A model generated the notes under the pieces. The model worked only from the letters and a program-made list of their open reading frames with translations, made no database searches and was not told the DNA's origin. From the NCBI GenBank assembly GCA_025786725.1, contig JAHLTZ010000007.1, positions 186,001 through 250,000 on the forward strand: DNA of 64,000 nucleotides, written 5' to 3'. The translations under genes and the position numbers were made by a program. Below are positions 49,123-62,249 of the stretch, piece after piece (positions within the stretch are counted from its first letter, which is position 1; each line of letters begins with the position of its first letter). The DNA comes from Syncephalis fuscata S228. Its lineage: Eukaryota > Fungi > Zoopagomycota.

Positions 49123-50443
49123 ATGTCTGAACCAACTACTTTGTCCCCCGGATTATTTACTCGCCTATGGCGTTTGGCATTTCCGCAACCGCCCCTAACA
49201 AAAGAACCTGTAAGTCAGCAATTATTATGGCACTATTAACCAGTACTAATCGACGTATTATTTATTATTTACTAGAATGCTCTACGAATTGGTATTCTTG
49301 GTGCGGCAAACATAGCACCTATGGCTGTAATTTTGCCTTCACGTCTTATTCCAAGTGTTATTATTTCATCAGTAGCTGCACGAGATGAAGCACGTGCCAA
49401 AGTAAGTAAAACAGCAATAGAGAAGAAGAGTGATATATATATATATATTGATCATACACTGATGATCTGTACGTTCCTATTTTATTATTAGAAATTTGCT
49501 GCCAAACATCAAATCCCTCACACACACTCGTCGTATGACGCACTTGTCAACGATGAAGGCATTGATGCCGTCTACATTCCACTGCCCAATGGGCTGCATT
49601 ATGAATGGACACTTAAAGCCATTCAAGGTAAGAAATATCCTCTTGACTCCAATAATAACCTGCTGACCTGTCATGGCTATATGAATCACCCTAGCTGGCA
49701 AGCATGTTTTGCTGGAAAAACCATCATCCGCCAATGCTGAACAAACAGCCGAGCTGGTTGCAGCTGCAGATGCAAAGGGCGTTATACTTCTTGAAGCCTT
49801 TCATTATCGCTTTCATCCGGCAACAAAGCGTGCAGTGGATATTCTAAATAGCGGCGAATTGGGCGGGGTGCAGCGTATCGAGTGCAATGCTATTGCTCCA
49901 AATGTATTTGGTGACGACGACATTCGATTCAACTATTCGCTCGCGGGTGGCGCATGCATGGATATTGGCTCGTATATGTTACATGCAATTCGCCTAATGG
50001 CTGGTGGCGGCATACCGGATCATGTTGAGGCAACTGCCCAATTGACGTCACCTGAAGTAGACCATACAATGCACACACAACTAACATTTTCCAACGGCAT
50101 TGTCGCCAAAGGTACTGCATCACTAAAAGCTAGCTGGTTTAACTTCATGCCAACGCTGAAAGTGACCGGCACAGACAAAGAAATGGAAATCAAGAACTTT
50201 ATTCTTCCAAGTCTATGGCATTCAATTCGTATACGGTCATCTGATACTGGCAAGTCATTGCGAACAGAAAAGTGTTACGGCAACGGGGACATGACCTATA
50301 CCTATATGCTGCGTCACTTTGCGGAATTATGCCAACGCCGAACAACCGAAATGATTGTGAGCCACAAGGACACCCTTAATAATATGCAAACCATGGATAT
50401 GGTTTACAAAGCAGCAGGACTCACGCTACGTGGTACAGTCTAG
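49123..50443 (+). CDS. Gfo/Idh/MocA-family NAD(P)-dependent oxidoreductase (dihydrodiol/D-xylose dehydrogenase-like), 4 exons
   Basis: LRIGILGAANIA, VAARD, IDAVYIPLPNGLHYEW, AGKHVLLEKP, LLEAFHYRFHP, DIRFNYSLAGGACMDIGSY. Confidence 0.93.
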
Positions 50444-51530
50444 CCCTTTGAACAGCACATCCTATGAATGTTTTGACAAAGCTTTGATCGTAGCGGTTGA
50501 ATAGTCACAATAGCTATTATTAGAATAAAATGCATTATTGTATTGTTAGCCATAACAATCAACTCTCGCTTAATCAAAACAACCATAACATGTGACATCA
50601 TCACGAACAGTATCAAATGATTGTTGTTGGCATCATTCGTGTAGCAATAAAATGTTCTAATTGCGTTGAAAATACTTTTAGGTGTCAGTATACATGAAAG
50701 AAATAACAAGTTATTGTCATTGTTTATTATCGAAATGCACTGCATCAATAAAGCAGTGTTACTGTTGCCATTGTTATTGTTATTATTATTAAATATAATT
50801 GATAGAGTGAATATCTTGGCCAGACAAGCAATAGTTGTAGCACAAGAAAGAATGGATAACAAGCGAATAAAAAGTTGTTTGTCCTACACGTGAAAACGTA
50901 CAGATTAACTCGACTTTGTACGAATTGGTTCTGCATGCACGTCTGCAGCTATACAGGAATTGTTAAAACCAATTTGTCCGGCGACAAGTTTTTACTGTTG
51001 ATCCGGAAAGGACGTGCATTATTCTTTACAAATTTGTAAAAATTCCTTGGCTGAACAACAACAATAAAGAGAATAAATCGTCACAATTCAGCTATCGCTA
51101 GTTGTAAGAGAACGGCGATAATTGCTAACAAACCCGTTCGTATCAAACTAAACAGAGTAACAGGCTATGCACATTATCCAGATATTTCTACCAAAATGCT
51201 TCCGTTTTCGCGTTACAATTGACTAATGACACGTGTTCCTGATCAGAATTAAGGAAGAAAAGCGGAGAAAAGTGTTGTTTTGGTATTTCGTCCATCACTA
51301 TCATAAGCACTTACACCATCAAAGCTATGATAACCTTTATGTTTATCTCCACGTCGTATACTTGCCTTCCTTGGCCCTAGACAAGATGATCAGTATGCGT
51401 TTACTAATGCTTGTACGGCAATCCACAACATTAGCGCCAGGCTGCAAGTGGGCTGCACTGGCGGCAGATGGGCGCGTACAGAGAGCTGCACCTCAGAAAG
51501 GTATTCGAACTCCATGGCCCATTACCACAA

Positions 51531-51562
51531 CACGTACACACACGTACACACACGTACACACA
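51531..51562 (+). repeat. 10-bp tandem repeat (cacgtacaca) x3
   Basis: Directly visible; lies about 550 bp upstream of the lipase ATG. Confidence 0.85.
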
Positions 51563-52114
51563 TTAAGGCCTATCGGACGGTGATACTTCTTTTGAAGTCA
51601 AATGGCTCGTGGTCGTTTCTTGATACAAATCATCGTTACAATTTACTGCAACTGTAGGATAGAGTGTAGGGGGGGATGGTGTTGAAACAGTGTAATGCTT
51701 CATGGTGAATACAGTGATGTTGTCAGTAGAATGGTCGGTGTAAACATATCCGTAATGAACACAAATAGCATCTCTCACATTGCTGTGCTTGCCCTCACTG
51801 CTCTCCATTCGCCTCATCCAACCGCCTCCTTCCTTCCTTGCCTATCTGCTTGCTCGTTCGCTCGTTTCACCTTCCCTCTCGAGTAAGCGCCGAACGGTGG
51901 ACTTTGGCCGCATTTGACAGCAGCATTGCATCGACTTGACCAATTTAAATGATGTCAGTGCTGCAAGTCGCCGCCGCCCCCTCCACTTGTCTACTTACTT
52001 TTGGCCGGCGTTATTTTCCACAAATTAAGATTTTATTCCTTTGGCGTTATTATACTATTAGTTTATGTGTTATTAATTTGCTAAAGCTTTTCTACTTTAT
52101 ATTAATGCACCGAC

Positions 52115-54063
52115 ATGTCTAACATGGCCACGGTAACTACTACTACTACAGCTACAGCAGCCATGGCAACAAAGCATTATCGTCGGCCTTTAAACCGCAA
52201 AACAGCTGACCTCAGATTAAACAACACATCGACAATCATTATTAGCACACCAATTGATGATGACAATGGTGGCAACGCCGATAGCAATGGTTGCGATGAT
52301 CATTATTCTTTATTAAATAGTCCGCCTGCCATGATACCCAATGGTATTGCTACCGAACCACACTCAACACTATTGCACACCATGATTTCTAAACATGCTA
52401 CACCTAGCGATGACTATACTGACGATGACGGCGAGTACGAAGAACTACCGCCTGTCGTCGTAGTAGATGGCTTTCTAAGTTGTGGTCTCCCAGATTATTG
52501 GGGTCCACTGGAGGAACTATTTGCAGAGGATCTTAAACAGTCACGGTCATCGTGCAACGAACACGATCCATTACTTATCCGAAAAAAACCAACACAAAGA
52601 CGGGTCCTGTTTGTAACACCTGGATGTTCCTCTTCTCTTCATGACCGTGCGTGTGAGATCTTTTATCAATTAAAAGGTGGAATTGGTAAGTAATAATAAT
52701 GGCGATAATGTAGTATAGATTGCTGCCTTAAATGATATTTATTAATGTGGCATTCCAATGGTATGTTTATTTTTTAATTAGTTGATTATGGTGAAAAACA
52801 CGCTTGCCAATTCGATCATGCTCGATTTGGTCGTGGCTATCGTGGTAAGTAATAATGGTGTTTGTTGTTACTATGGCTTCTGATGACTTATTTTTGTAAC
52901 ATATTTATTTCCAGGACTTTATCCACAATGGTCGGCCGAAAAGCCAATTCATTTCATTGGCCATTCTTTGGGTGGCAATACATTACTGGCTCTACAGCAA
53001 TTACTAACTGAAAAACACTTTTCCGACCATGCTACCTCTCCTGATATGATGGTATCACTCACTGCGCTATGCTCCCCACTTAATGGCACTCCATTTGTAC
53101 ACTCCATGGGTGCAAAAGAAGGTAGCGCACTTGGTCCAATCCGTATTGGTCACGGCGGATGGTGGCTATCACGTTTAGCCCACATCTACGAATACCTGGG
53201 CCTTCGTCTGGCCTATGACTTTAATCTTGACCATTGGGGGTTCCGCACCGAGTTCAATCCTAGTTTACTTCCGCTTGAATCAAGTGAATTTGAAGGCAAT
53301 ATATTTGTTCTTGTCTTTGTCTGGCTTTATGTCATTGCTGAATATCTATACACGCTTATAAGCCGTTTTGGTCAGCTGTGCCGTTTTCTCGTTTTTAGCC
53401 CGTGCTACGATCGATTCGACAACCTGGCGACTGATTCTGTACCGGCCATGTGTGCCAAGTTTAACGCTAAATGGCAACCATCCAAGCGCACATGGTATCG
53501 CAGCTATACAACGTCGATTAACGACATCTCTATACCTAGCCAGGCATTGAATATGCCTTCCTGGATACTTTTCCTAGGACAGAAGATTGTGAAAAGAGGC
53601 GTTCAAAAAGCCTTTAACAAACCAGCCGATTTCGGCCAGTCGATTGGTCGGTGCAAACAATGTCATTCGACCGATGACTGGCTAAAAGGCGATGGCGTCG
53701 TTCCATTGCCTTCACAATTCCATCCTCACTGTTGCTGGTAAGTTATCCGCTAATTAAAGGTCCATTCAGTCCTTGTACTAACGTCACCGCCTTAATAGCC
53801 AACTCAACTGCCTTCACGATGTGTTGTACGACAACACCAACGACGGTACGACATCCGAGGAAAACGCCTATGCTTCCCAACCGCCTCTTCCAGGCTCGGG
53901 ACATTGGGAAACTGTAAATGTAGCTAATTCGCACCATGTTGGCATTGTACCATACAGATCAGCACCAAAAAATACAACACCATGGAACCGAGTCTTTAAC
54001 GACTACGCCCGTTGGTTGCGACAAATAGATGAGGCACGAGCTGACCCGCCTTATTCCAATTAA
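52115..54063 (+). CDS. Alpha/beta-hydrolase lipase resembling bacterial family I.5/I.6 lipases, 4 exons
   Basis: PPVVVVDGFL, SSLHDRACEIFYQLKGG|VDYGEKHA..HARFGR|GLYPQWSAEKPIHFIGHSLGG, SPLNGT, GDGVVP, HHVGIV (Ser-Asp-His triad). Confidence 0.88.
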
Positions 54064-55401
54064 TTGAAAAAACTTGTTAGCATTATTGTACTATTGATTA
54101 AATTACCTAAAAATAAACACCTTTTGTTTTTCTCTTGTATAATAACGATAAAATTGCACCATTAAATATTGAATATTGTTAATGGAGTAAATAATGGCGA
54201 TTTATTGTATAACACGGCCTTGTATCGTTACTTTAGTGCTAAAGTTGATAATAAAAAGTACTGCCTTTACATTAACAAGAGTTATAACATGAAACAACAG
54301 GCCAATCCAAATGACTCCTTGACTGTCCAAGCTCGCTGTAGGATATAAGGACATACTTAGTGATGCGTGCATAGTTTCAAATATTGCATTAAGAATATGA
54401 GGGCTAATGTTTTTATTCAAAAGTAGGATTTCCATTGATTACTTGTAGGATACGCAAGATTAACGGGAAATTGCCAACTAGTGTTAGGATCATTTTATAA
54501 ACAGGCCTAAATCGATGCAGCACCATGCCAGTGATGCCCCGTATTGTCGGGTAGGCCGTGCTGATCCAACATTGATGGCCATGTAGCTATCGTAATTGCT
54601 TTCGACAGCATTAAAAATTGATGCTACAATCATTTAAAGCATTTCTGCAATTTATTTTTGCTTGTTGCAGTATTTATAGCAACTGTTTGTTTGCAATGGC
54701 AAAGACTGTATTCATTCATTTCATTCCAAGCCATAGCTTCCAATCTATCACACATTGACCTTTTGCGAGCTAGTCTCCTATCAAACAGCAACACCAATAC
54801 TATATTCATAACCACCGATTGGCATAGTCTTTTTTTATTTGTTGATTTTGTTGTATTTAATTGAAATTCAATACTGATAAGGTAAAAATTGTGCCATAAA
54901 TTAGCACACTAAATAGAAAATACGGTGGAGTCGAGCTTAGTTACTACGTGGACATTTTTCCTTCCATACCCCGCCTATTTCGGGTTCATATCGCGTGATA
55001 TTAAAAGTTTGATGCTTTCAATTTTATTCGCGCTATCTAACATTCTTTAGCATAATTTGATTATACTAGTGTATTCTACTTGTTATAAGTAGTATACTAT
55101 ATTGAATTTTGCCTTATTGGCATACAAGTTATTATATCACACTAAAATGTCGCATGCTATTAAGATTATTGTATTTTTTGAACTACTGCAAACACTTGAA
55201 TACAAAGCACAGTCTTTGTTTATAATAATAATATATTATATTGCTTAGCACCAATAGTGCAGAATAATTGATGTTAGCCAAATAGCTTGTTATTTTCTGC
55301 TTGTGCCTTATTATTTATTATATTTATGTTTAGCATTATCATTTAAACAACTACTTATACTAACTTTGAAACCAAAATGTTATACATAGAAAAGCTGCAC
55401 C

Positions 55402-57619
55402 ATGGCAAGTGTTGATTCAAACATTCCATTCATAGTTGATGTGATGGATCATTGCAGACTTGAGGATTTTTCAACAGCAACTGCTTTTGATTCCACTGAT
55501 ACTGATACTTCCAGCACTGTATCTACGCCTGACTGTGTCAAGCTAGATCAGGAAGAACATCCGTTTGTTAATCTTGGCTCATCACCCTGGCTGGAAAGCG
55601 AGTCTGTGTCTGTGAAAACACTAACAGAAAGCTCTTTGACATATGAGGAGGAGTGCAGCAGCTCGGATGACGAGGATATTGGCCTAAGCCGCTTGTACGC
55701 ATCCGAGGATGATATGGTCGATTCGGTTGAAACGGCCAAGAAAATATCCATCAGAAATGCCGTGTATTCACGACGTGTTTCTTCAACCACTTCTGTACAT
55801 ATATCTCAATTACCATCGTATCCGGAACTTAGTCAAAGCGCATTCGAGGGATTTAGAAGCTGTGTAATGCATCATAATTCGCGCCAACAAATTATGGATA
55901 CAATTATTAAAACTATCAGGCAGGCCGAATCAGCTTCAAACTGGAAGAATATTTCTAATACATCGCTCGATATTGCACCATTGCTCGTCAGTGAAGATTT
56001 AAGCTTCGACGCTCTTAACGAGGATGTGTTCTATATCGCTGATATGGACGAGGTTCGTCGGCAATATCGAGAATGGATAAAACTGCTACCACGTGTAGAT
56101 CCGTACTATGGTAAGCTTTTGTATTATAATTTAAATATTAGTGCTAACAAATCAACAGCGGTCAAGTGCAATCCCGATCCCGTATTGTTACAAGTTTTAG
56201 CACAAATGGGCGTTAGTTTTGATTGCGCAAGTAAGGTAAGTGTCGAGTATAAATACTCAAATTAGACTAATAGCTCAAATGACTACTAATTATGTGTAAT
56301 AGAAAGAGCTGGAAAGTGTTTTAGCATTGAAGATATCTACGGATCGTATCATCTACGCAAATACTTGTAAGCCTTCATCTCATCTGCATTATGCAGCTCA
56401 AAATCGCGTTTCACACATGACATTTGATAATTCGGATGAGCTTTGGAAAATTCGCAAATTTTATCCAAATGCACGCTTGCTTTTACGAATTCGTGTCGAC
56501 GACACACATAGTGCCTTACCTCTTGGTAAAAAGTTTGGTGCCACATTAAAAATGGTACCACAGCTACTTATACTTGCCCGCCATCTTGGTCTTCAAATAG
56601 TTGGCATTAGGTAATATTGATCGATTAATGTTGTACACTAAAATAACAACTATGTGCATAGCTTTCACGTTGGTTGCGGCTGCCATAATCCTCAGGCATA
56701 TGTCGAGGCAATACGTATGGCTAAAAAATGCTTTGTTTTGGGAGAAAAGGTTGGCTTCAAGTTTAACATGCTTGATATTGGCGGCGGCTTTCCCGGTGGT
56801 GGACTTGAATACACCGACACCTCCGACAGCCAACAGCTCCCCGACCCAAGTGGAGGATCAGAAAAGCTTGCAAGAAAAGGAAGCTTTAGTAGTTTTACCA
56901 GTTTGGCCAATTTGGCAGCACTATGGCGATCTAAGCCTCAAATCACTACCTTCGCTCACTTAGCCGAAGCCATCAACGAAGCACTCAATCAATGGTTCCC
57001 ATTCGGTTCAGGTGTTCGTATTGTCGCAGAGCCAGGAAGATATTTTGTTGAGCGCGCCTATACTCTAGCTGTATCTGTCATTGGAAGACAAATCTACAAA
57101 CCAAATAGTCGACGCTACCGTCCACCCCAACTGTCATGTAAGCAATCAAACCAATAGTTATAATAGTAATAATAGGCTTTATTCTACTGTTGTACTAATC
57201 GTTAAATTATGATGACCATTAGACACTATTAGTGATGGAAAATATGGAAGTTTCCATATTCCGTATATCGATCGGCTTATTCCACGTCCGCACGTGATAC
57301 GACGCAATGGTCGCTTTATCATCAATGATACAGACATTGAATCGCTGCCTCTTTACGCGTCGACAGTCTGGGGTCCTACCTGTGACTCGACCGATATTGT
57401 CCATAAAGCTGTTCTTTTGCCCGAGTTGAACATTGGCGACTGGCTAGCCTACGATAACATGGGGGCCTATACTCTGGCCGCAGCATCTTCTTTGTAAGCT
57501 ACTTTAAAACCTTTGATAGCAATACAATAGCTAACTAACGTTATTAAAGTAACGGCTATGGCCAAAGCCGTATTGTTCATATTAATCTGGAATCACTAAC
57601 TTCACTATTGAATATCTAA
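55402..57619 (+). CDS. Ornithine decarboxylase-family (fold III PLP) enzyme, divergent
   Basis: PYY|AVKCNPDP (PLP Lys), FDCASK|KE, IIYANTCK, MTFDN, KKFGA, SFHVGCG, LDIGGGFPG, AEPGRYFV, DGKYGSF, WGPTCDSTD, DNMGAYT..ASSF|NGY. Confidence 0.92.
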
Positions 57620-58073
57620 TCAATTGATTATTATCAATAAACATGGCTCCATACCACTGGTGATTATTTAAATGCAGCCTATATTTTGTTGTTACAATTA
57701 TACTTTAGTTGCACCTTTGCCGAAAAACAATACAAATCATTTACTTTTTGTTTACTAATTAATTAGCTTTACATGCATTGATATACTATCCTATCCATAA
57801 TTAATTACTAAATAATAAATTAATAATGCCCATTTAGCAATTGGACTTTATCTATTGATCGTATGAAGAGCCAAAATCAACTAAATTAATACACAAAACC
57901 CAGCCATTTTAATAAATATACTATCGTTTTTGGTATAACACATCTAGCCAATCAAACACTGACAGCGATTGTATTACAAAACTGGGAGAGTAACGCGTTA
58001 GCACCGCCAACGATAAACCATTTCAATCTTATTACTGCCTTTATACTAAATTTATTTGCTTAACTATCCGGTC

Positions 58074-61000
58074 ATGGCCCTTAACAAAGCTATCGTCAAG
58101 AGTGTGCTTAGCGGAGACACGGTCATTCTGCGTGGACGTCCTCGTCCAGGCACTATTCCGCCCGAGCGTCAACTCAGCCTAGAGAAGCTGACTGCGCCGC
58201 GTGTGGGCCGACGCGACACCGACGATGAGGTATAGTAGAATAAATCGCTAAATACAATAACAGCTAACTAGTTAGCTTAACTGTAGCCATTTGCCTTTGA
58301 GTCGCGTGAATTTCTACGTCGCCAGCTTGTGGGTAAAGAAGTGTCGTTTCAAGTAACCTACACTACACAAGGTGGCCGTGAATATGGCCGTATCTTTGTC
58401 GGCACTGAAACGGAGCCCATTAACACTGCTTGTGTACGCAACGGTTGGTGCGTCTACGCGACGAAGCAAAGCGTATCCGCGACGACGACTCGGAAGAGGC
58501 TGCAGCTGCGGTAACTCAACTCATTGCTTTAGAAGAAGAGGCTAAATCGAACAATGTCGGTGTTTGGGCGGATACTCCTCGCAGTGCACGCCAAGTACAC
58601 CAACAGCTATCTGGCGATGCTCGTACTTTTCTTGAGCAGCACCGTGGCAAATCGATCGACGCAATTGTTGAACAAGTTCGCGATGGATCCACGCTGCGTG
58701 TTCAGCTAATCTATCCTGGAGATAGTCCTAATAGCTGGATTCACCAATATGTTGTACTATTGCTATCGGGCATTAAAGCGCCAGTGGTGCGTACAGGTAT
58801 TCAAAATACACCAGATGTTGTAGAGCCATTTGGAGAAGAAGCCAAATTCTTTGTTGAATCACGTTTATTGCAACGTGAAGTCAAGATTAAACTTGAAGGT
58901 AAATATTAGTAAACGAAATAATTATAGTTTAATAATAATAATAATTGCATATAGGTACTAACAATCAGAATTTAATTGGATCGGTACTTCATCCAGCTGG
59001 TAATATTGCTGAAGCATTGGTGGCCCAAGGATTGGCTCGTGTTGTTGATTGGAGCATTGCATTGTGCAGCAATGGCCCAGCTACTCTAAGAGCTGCAGAG
59101 AAGGCTGCCAAAGAGAAGCGTCTACGATTATGGAAAGATTATGTTCCAAAGGCCAAAGCAGCAGGCTCTAGCTTTAACGGCATTGTTTCACGCGTTGCTA
59201 GCGGTGATACATTGCATATTCTACCAAGTGGTGGATTGCAAGAGCGTAAAGTTCGCTTGGCCGGTGTCCGTCAACCACGTAGCACCGATGATAAGGAAGC
59301 AGGTTATTTAATCGAGGCCAAGGAACTATTGCGTAAACGCTTCATTGGCAAGCCAGTAAGTAGTATATATGTATTATAAAAAAGTATTAATTGTTTAACA
59401 AATTTATATAGGTCCATGTCACTATTGATTATATCCAACCAGCACAAGATAACTTTGAAGAACGTGAATGTGCCACAGTGAAGTATAATAACATCAACGT
59501 AGCCGAATTGCTTGTCTCTCGTGGTTTAGCCGGTATTATTCGCTATCGTAAAGATGATGATAACCGGGCTTCAACCTACGATCAGCTGCTTATTGCTGAA
59601 GATACAGCAACCAAGGCTGGTAAAGGAATTCACAGTGGCAAGCCCAAGGCTGCTCCACGTTATACAGATGCTTCCGAGGTAATTATCATTTAAATATACA
59701 TAGTATCGTAGCTTATAATTACTTTTATTGAATAGAACAATGCACGAGCCAATTCTCACATTTCAGCCTTCAAGCGCGCTGGTAAAGTGAGTGCAGTAGT
59801 TGAACACGTATCCAATGCTGCCCGTTTCCGTCTATTGCTTCCCAAAGATAACTGCAAGCTTACATTAGTACTTGGTGGTAAGTAGTTAACAATAGATTAT
59901 ATTTAGTAGTACCTAACACTTGAATACAGGTGTATCTGCGCCTCGTGTGGCACGTAATCCTTCAGAAAAGAGCGAATCATTTGCTCAAGAAGCACTTGAA
60001 TTCACTACGCGTAAATGTCTACAGCGCGATGTAAGTAAATGAATACATATAATGACATATCAATTACTTATTTACCGATACAAATAGGTTGAGGTAGAGT
60101 TTGAATCCATTGATAAATCAGGTGGATTTATTGGCACACTATGGTTGAATGGTGAAAACTTTGCCGTTCTTTATTAGAACAAGGATTGGCAAAGATCCAT
60201 GGCTATAGCGCCGATCAATCAGTCTATACCAATCAATTATATGCTGCCGAACGTCACGCTAAAGAGGCACAATTGAATGTAAGTCATCATGGCGTATAAT
60301 TAATTTGTGTACTAATCCATCAATACCTAATAGCTCTGGGATGGCTATGATGAGAAGAGAGAGATTGCTCAAGCAGAGGAATATGCTGCTGCTACTGCCG
60401 AGACATCAATTCCTACCAAGACTGAAGAATTACGCGTAGTAGTCACAGATATTGGTGATGCTGGTGTACTTGCTGTACAAGTCATTGGCGATGGTGTTCA
60501 GGCACTTGAGGAATTAATGTCACGTCTAAGTGTACATCAACAAAAAGCAGGTATTCCTGCTCAACCATACCGACCAAAGAACAACGAACTCTGCTCAGCA
60601 CGCTTTACCGAAGACAATCAATGGTATGTCTATAATAGAGTCAATAATTAAAAATTACTAATATATATATATTGATATATATATTGATATTAATTAGGTA
60701 TCGTGCTCGTGTTCGTCGTCATGTTGATGGCGGTAAATCACTTGAAGTTGTTTACATTGATTATGGCAATGTAAGTTAAATGATTATGATGATTAGATTA
60801 GTACAATTATTTATTAACACTTTTAATAAATAATTAGTCTGAGGTTATTCCATTGGAACGAGTTCGCCCATTGGCTACGGAATTTAGTAAATTACCGGCT
60901 CAATCAAAAGAAGCTGTATTTGCCTTCCTTAAAGTGCCAGCCCGTTCTGTAAGTTATTATACTTTTACACTCAATCTTATTATTGATACGTTGCTAATGA

Positions 61001-61409
61001 TTGCTATTTAGTCTGACTATGGCTCTGAAGTCTACAATGCTATGCGTGATTTGGTTGAAAATGCTGAATTGATTGCCGTTGTTGAGGCTAGACAAGGCAC
61101 TGTTTTACACTGCACTTTCTACAATGCCAAACTAGCTGCCGATAAACGCCGACATGAAAACAGCTTAAATGCAGAACTACTACGCTTGGGCTTTGCTAGT
61201 CTGGATAAAAGGGCAGCTTATGCAAAGAACCGTGCCTCTGCTGTTGCGACACTGCAAGTAGTCCAAGACTCTGCTAGACGCGGTCATGTAAGTGATGCCA
61301 ATATGCTTTTACATCCCTCGATTACTAACAGTCATATAACGATTACTTTATTAAATAGCGTGGCATGTGGGAATACGGTGATATTCCTGATGAAGACGAC
61401 GAATATTAA
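58074..61409 (+). CDS. SND1: Tudor staphylococcal nuclease (Tudor-SN), multi-exon
   Basis: AIVKSVLSGDTVILRG, EPFAFESREFLRRQLVGK, IVEQVRDGST, EPFGEEAKFFVESRLLQREV; Tudor ARFTEDNQW|YRARV..VYIDYGN|SE; terminal GMWEYGD. Indels near 58447 and 60170. Confidence 0.96.
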
Positions 61410-61449
61410 TCTAAAGCATGACATCCATTGGAAATAAAAATTATCCATT

Positions 61450-62012
61450 CTAGACACGACTTGAAACACAAAGACCGGCGCCTACCACGACCATGGCCAT
61501 GCCTAACCAAGTTTCTGTAAATCATTTATTAATGTTGATTATTATATGACAGTGTTATAAGCGTTGCTAACTTACTTGGTCCACCGGTGGATTCACCTAA
61601 TAAATGGCCAGCTAATGTAGTACATAAAAAGGTCATCGAATTAGTGATTGGCACTACAAGTGATAAATCAGATGTGCCCAAAGTGTAATAATAAACAACA
61701 GAACCGGACAGATTAAGTACTAAAGGTACAACATACTAATATAGATATGTATTTTAGCTGTTATCTCTAGCATTGCAGTAAATGACCTACCTGCCAACGT
61801 GTAGCAAGATACCAAAATTCCGATACGCCTTTACCAAAGCGACCCGGTCTAACGGTATCAAGTCCTTCGGCACCTCGCTTAATAAACGGATTTGTAAAGC
61901 CCCAGCATAGTGCCACTAACACTAATCCAACAACTGTTTCTATAAGCATAGATGTTAGAATTGGCTTATTCATCTATACTCTATTCGTGTGCTTACCAAT
62001 CAACGAACCCAT
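61450..62012 (-). CDS. TMEM234: TMEM234 homolog (small DMT-superfamily membrane protein), 4 exons
   Basis: LVALCWGFTNPFIKRG, RWQ|YVVPLVLNLSGSVVYYYTLGTSDLSLVVPITNSMTFLCT..G.LLGE, KTWLGMAMVVVGAGLCV. Confidence 0.9.
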
Positions 62013-62087
62013 AGAAGATAATACACGAAACAGCGATAAATTGCAAAACAAGTGCTGACTAAATAGAATGGGCAACTAAGCAAGTAT

Positions 62088-62126
62088 TTGTGTGTGTGTG
62101 TGTATTGTGTGTGTATTGTGTGTGTA
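62088..62126 (+). repeat. TG-rich microsatellite in the TMEM234/TAL1 divergent promoter
   Basis: ttgtgtgtgtgtgtgtattgtgtgtgtattgtgtgtg within a 237-bp head-to-head spacer. Confidence 0.75.
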
Positions 62127-62249
62127 ATACGAAACCGCTACTCGTTTAGTCAGTGGGGAAGCGTTGACGTATTTAAACACCACGAATCTAGCGCTATTCA
62201 GTCTACAAGCATTATTCTTCTACCTGATTATTTACTTGTATTTGAAACC

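Noticed and set aside
50440-51886. Several short ORFs between the oxidoreductase and the lipase
   Set aside because: Low-complexity, mutually overlapping, mostly non-ATG starts and no motifs; more consistent with an extended promoter region.
4882-61409. RNA-decay gene cluster (nucleotidyltransferase, HNH, Swt1 PIN, Tudor-SN)
   Set aside because: Widely spaced among unrelated housekeeping genes with no shared elements seen; compatible with chance.
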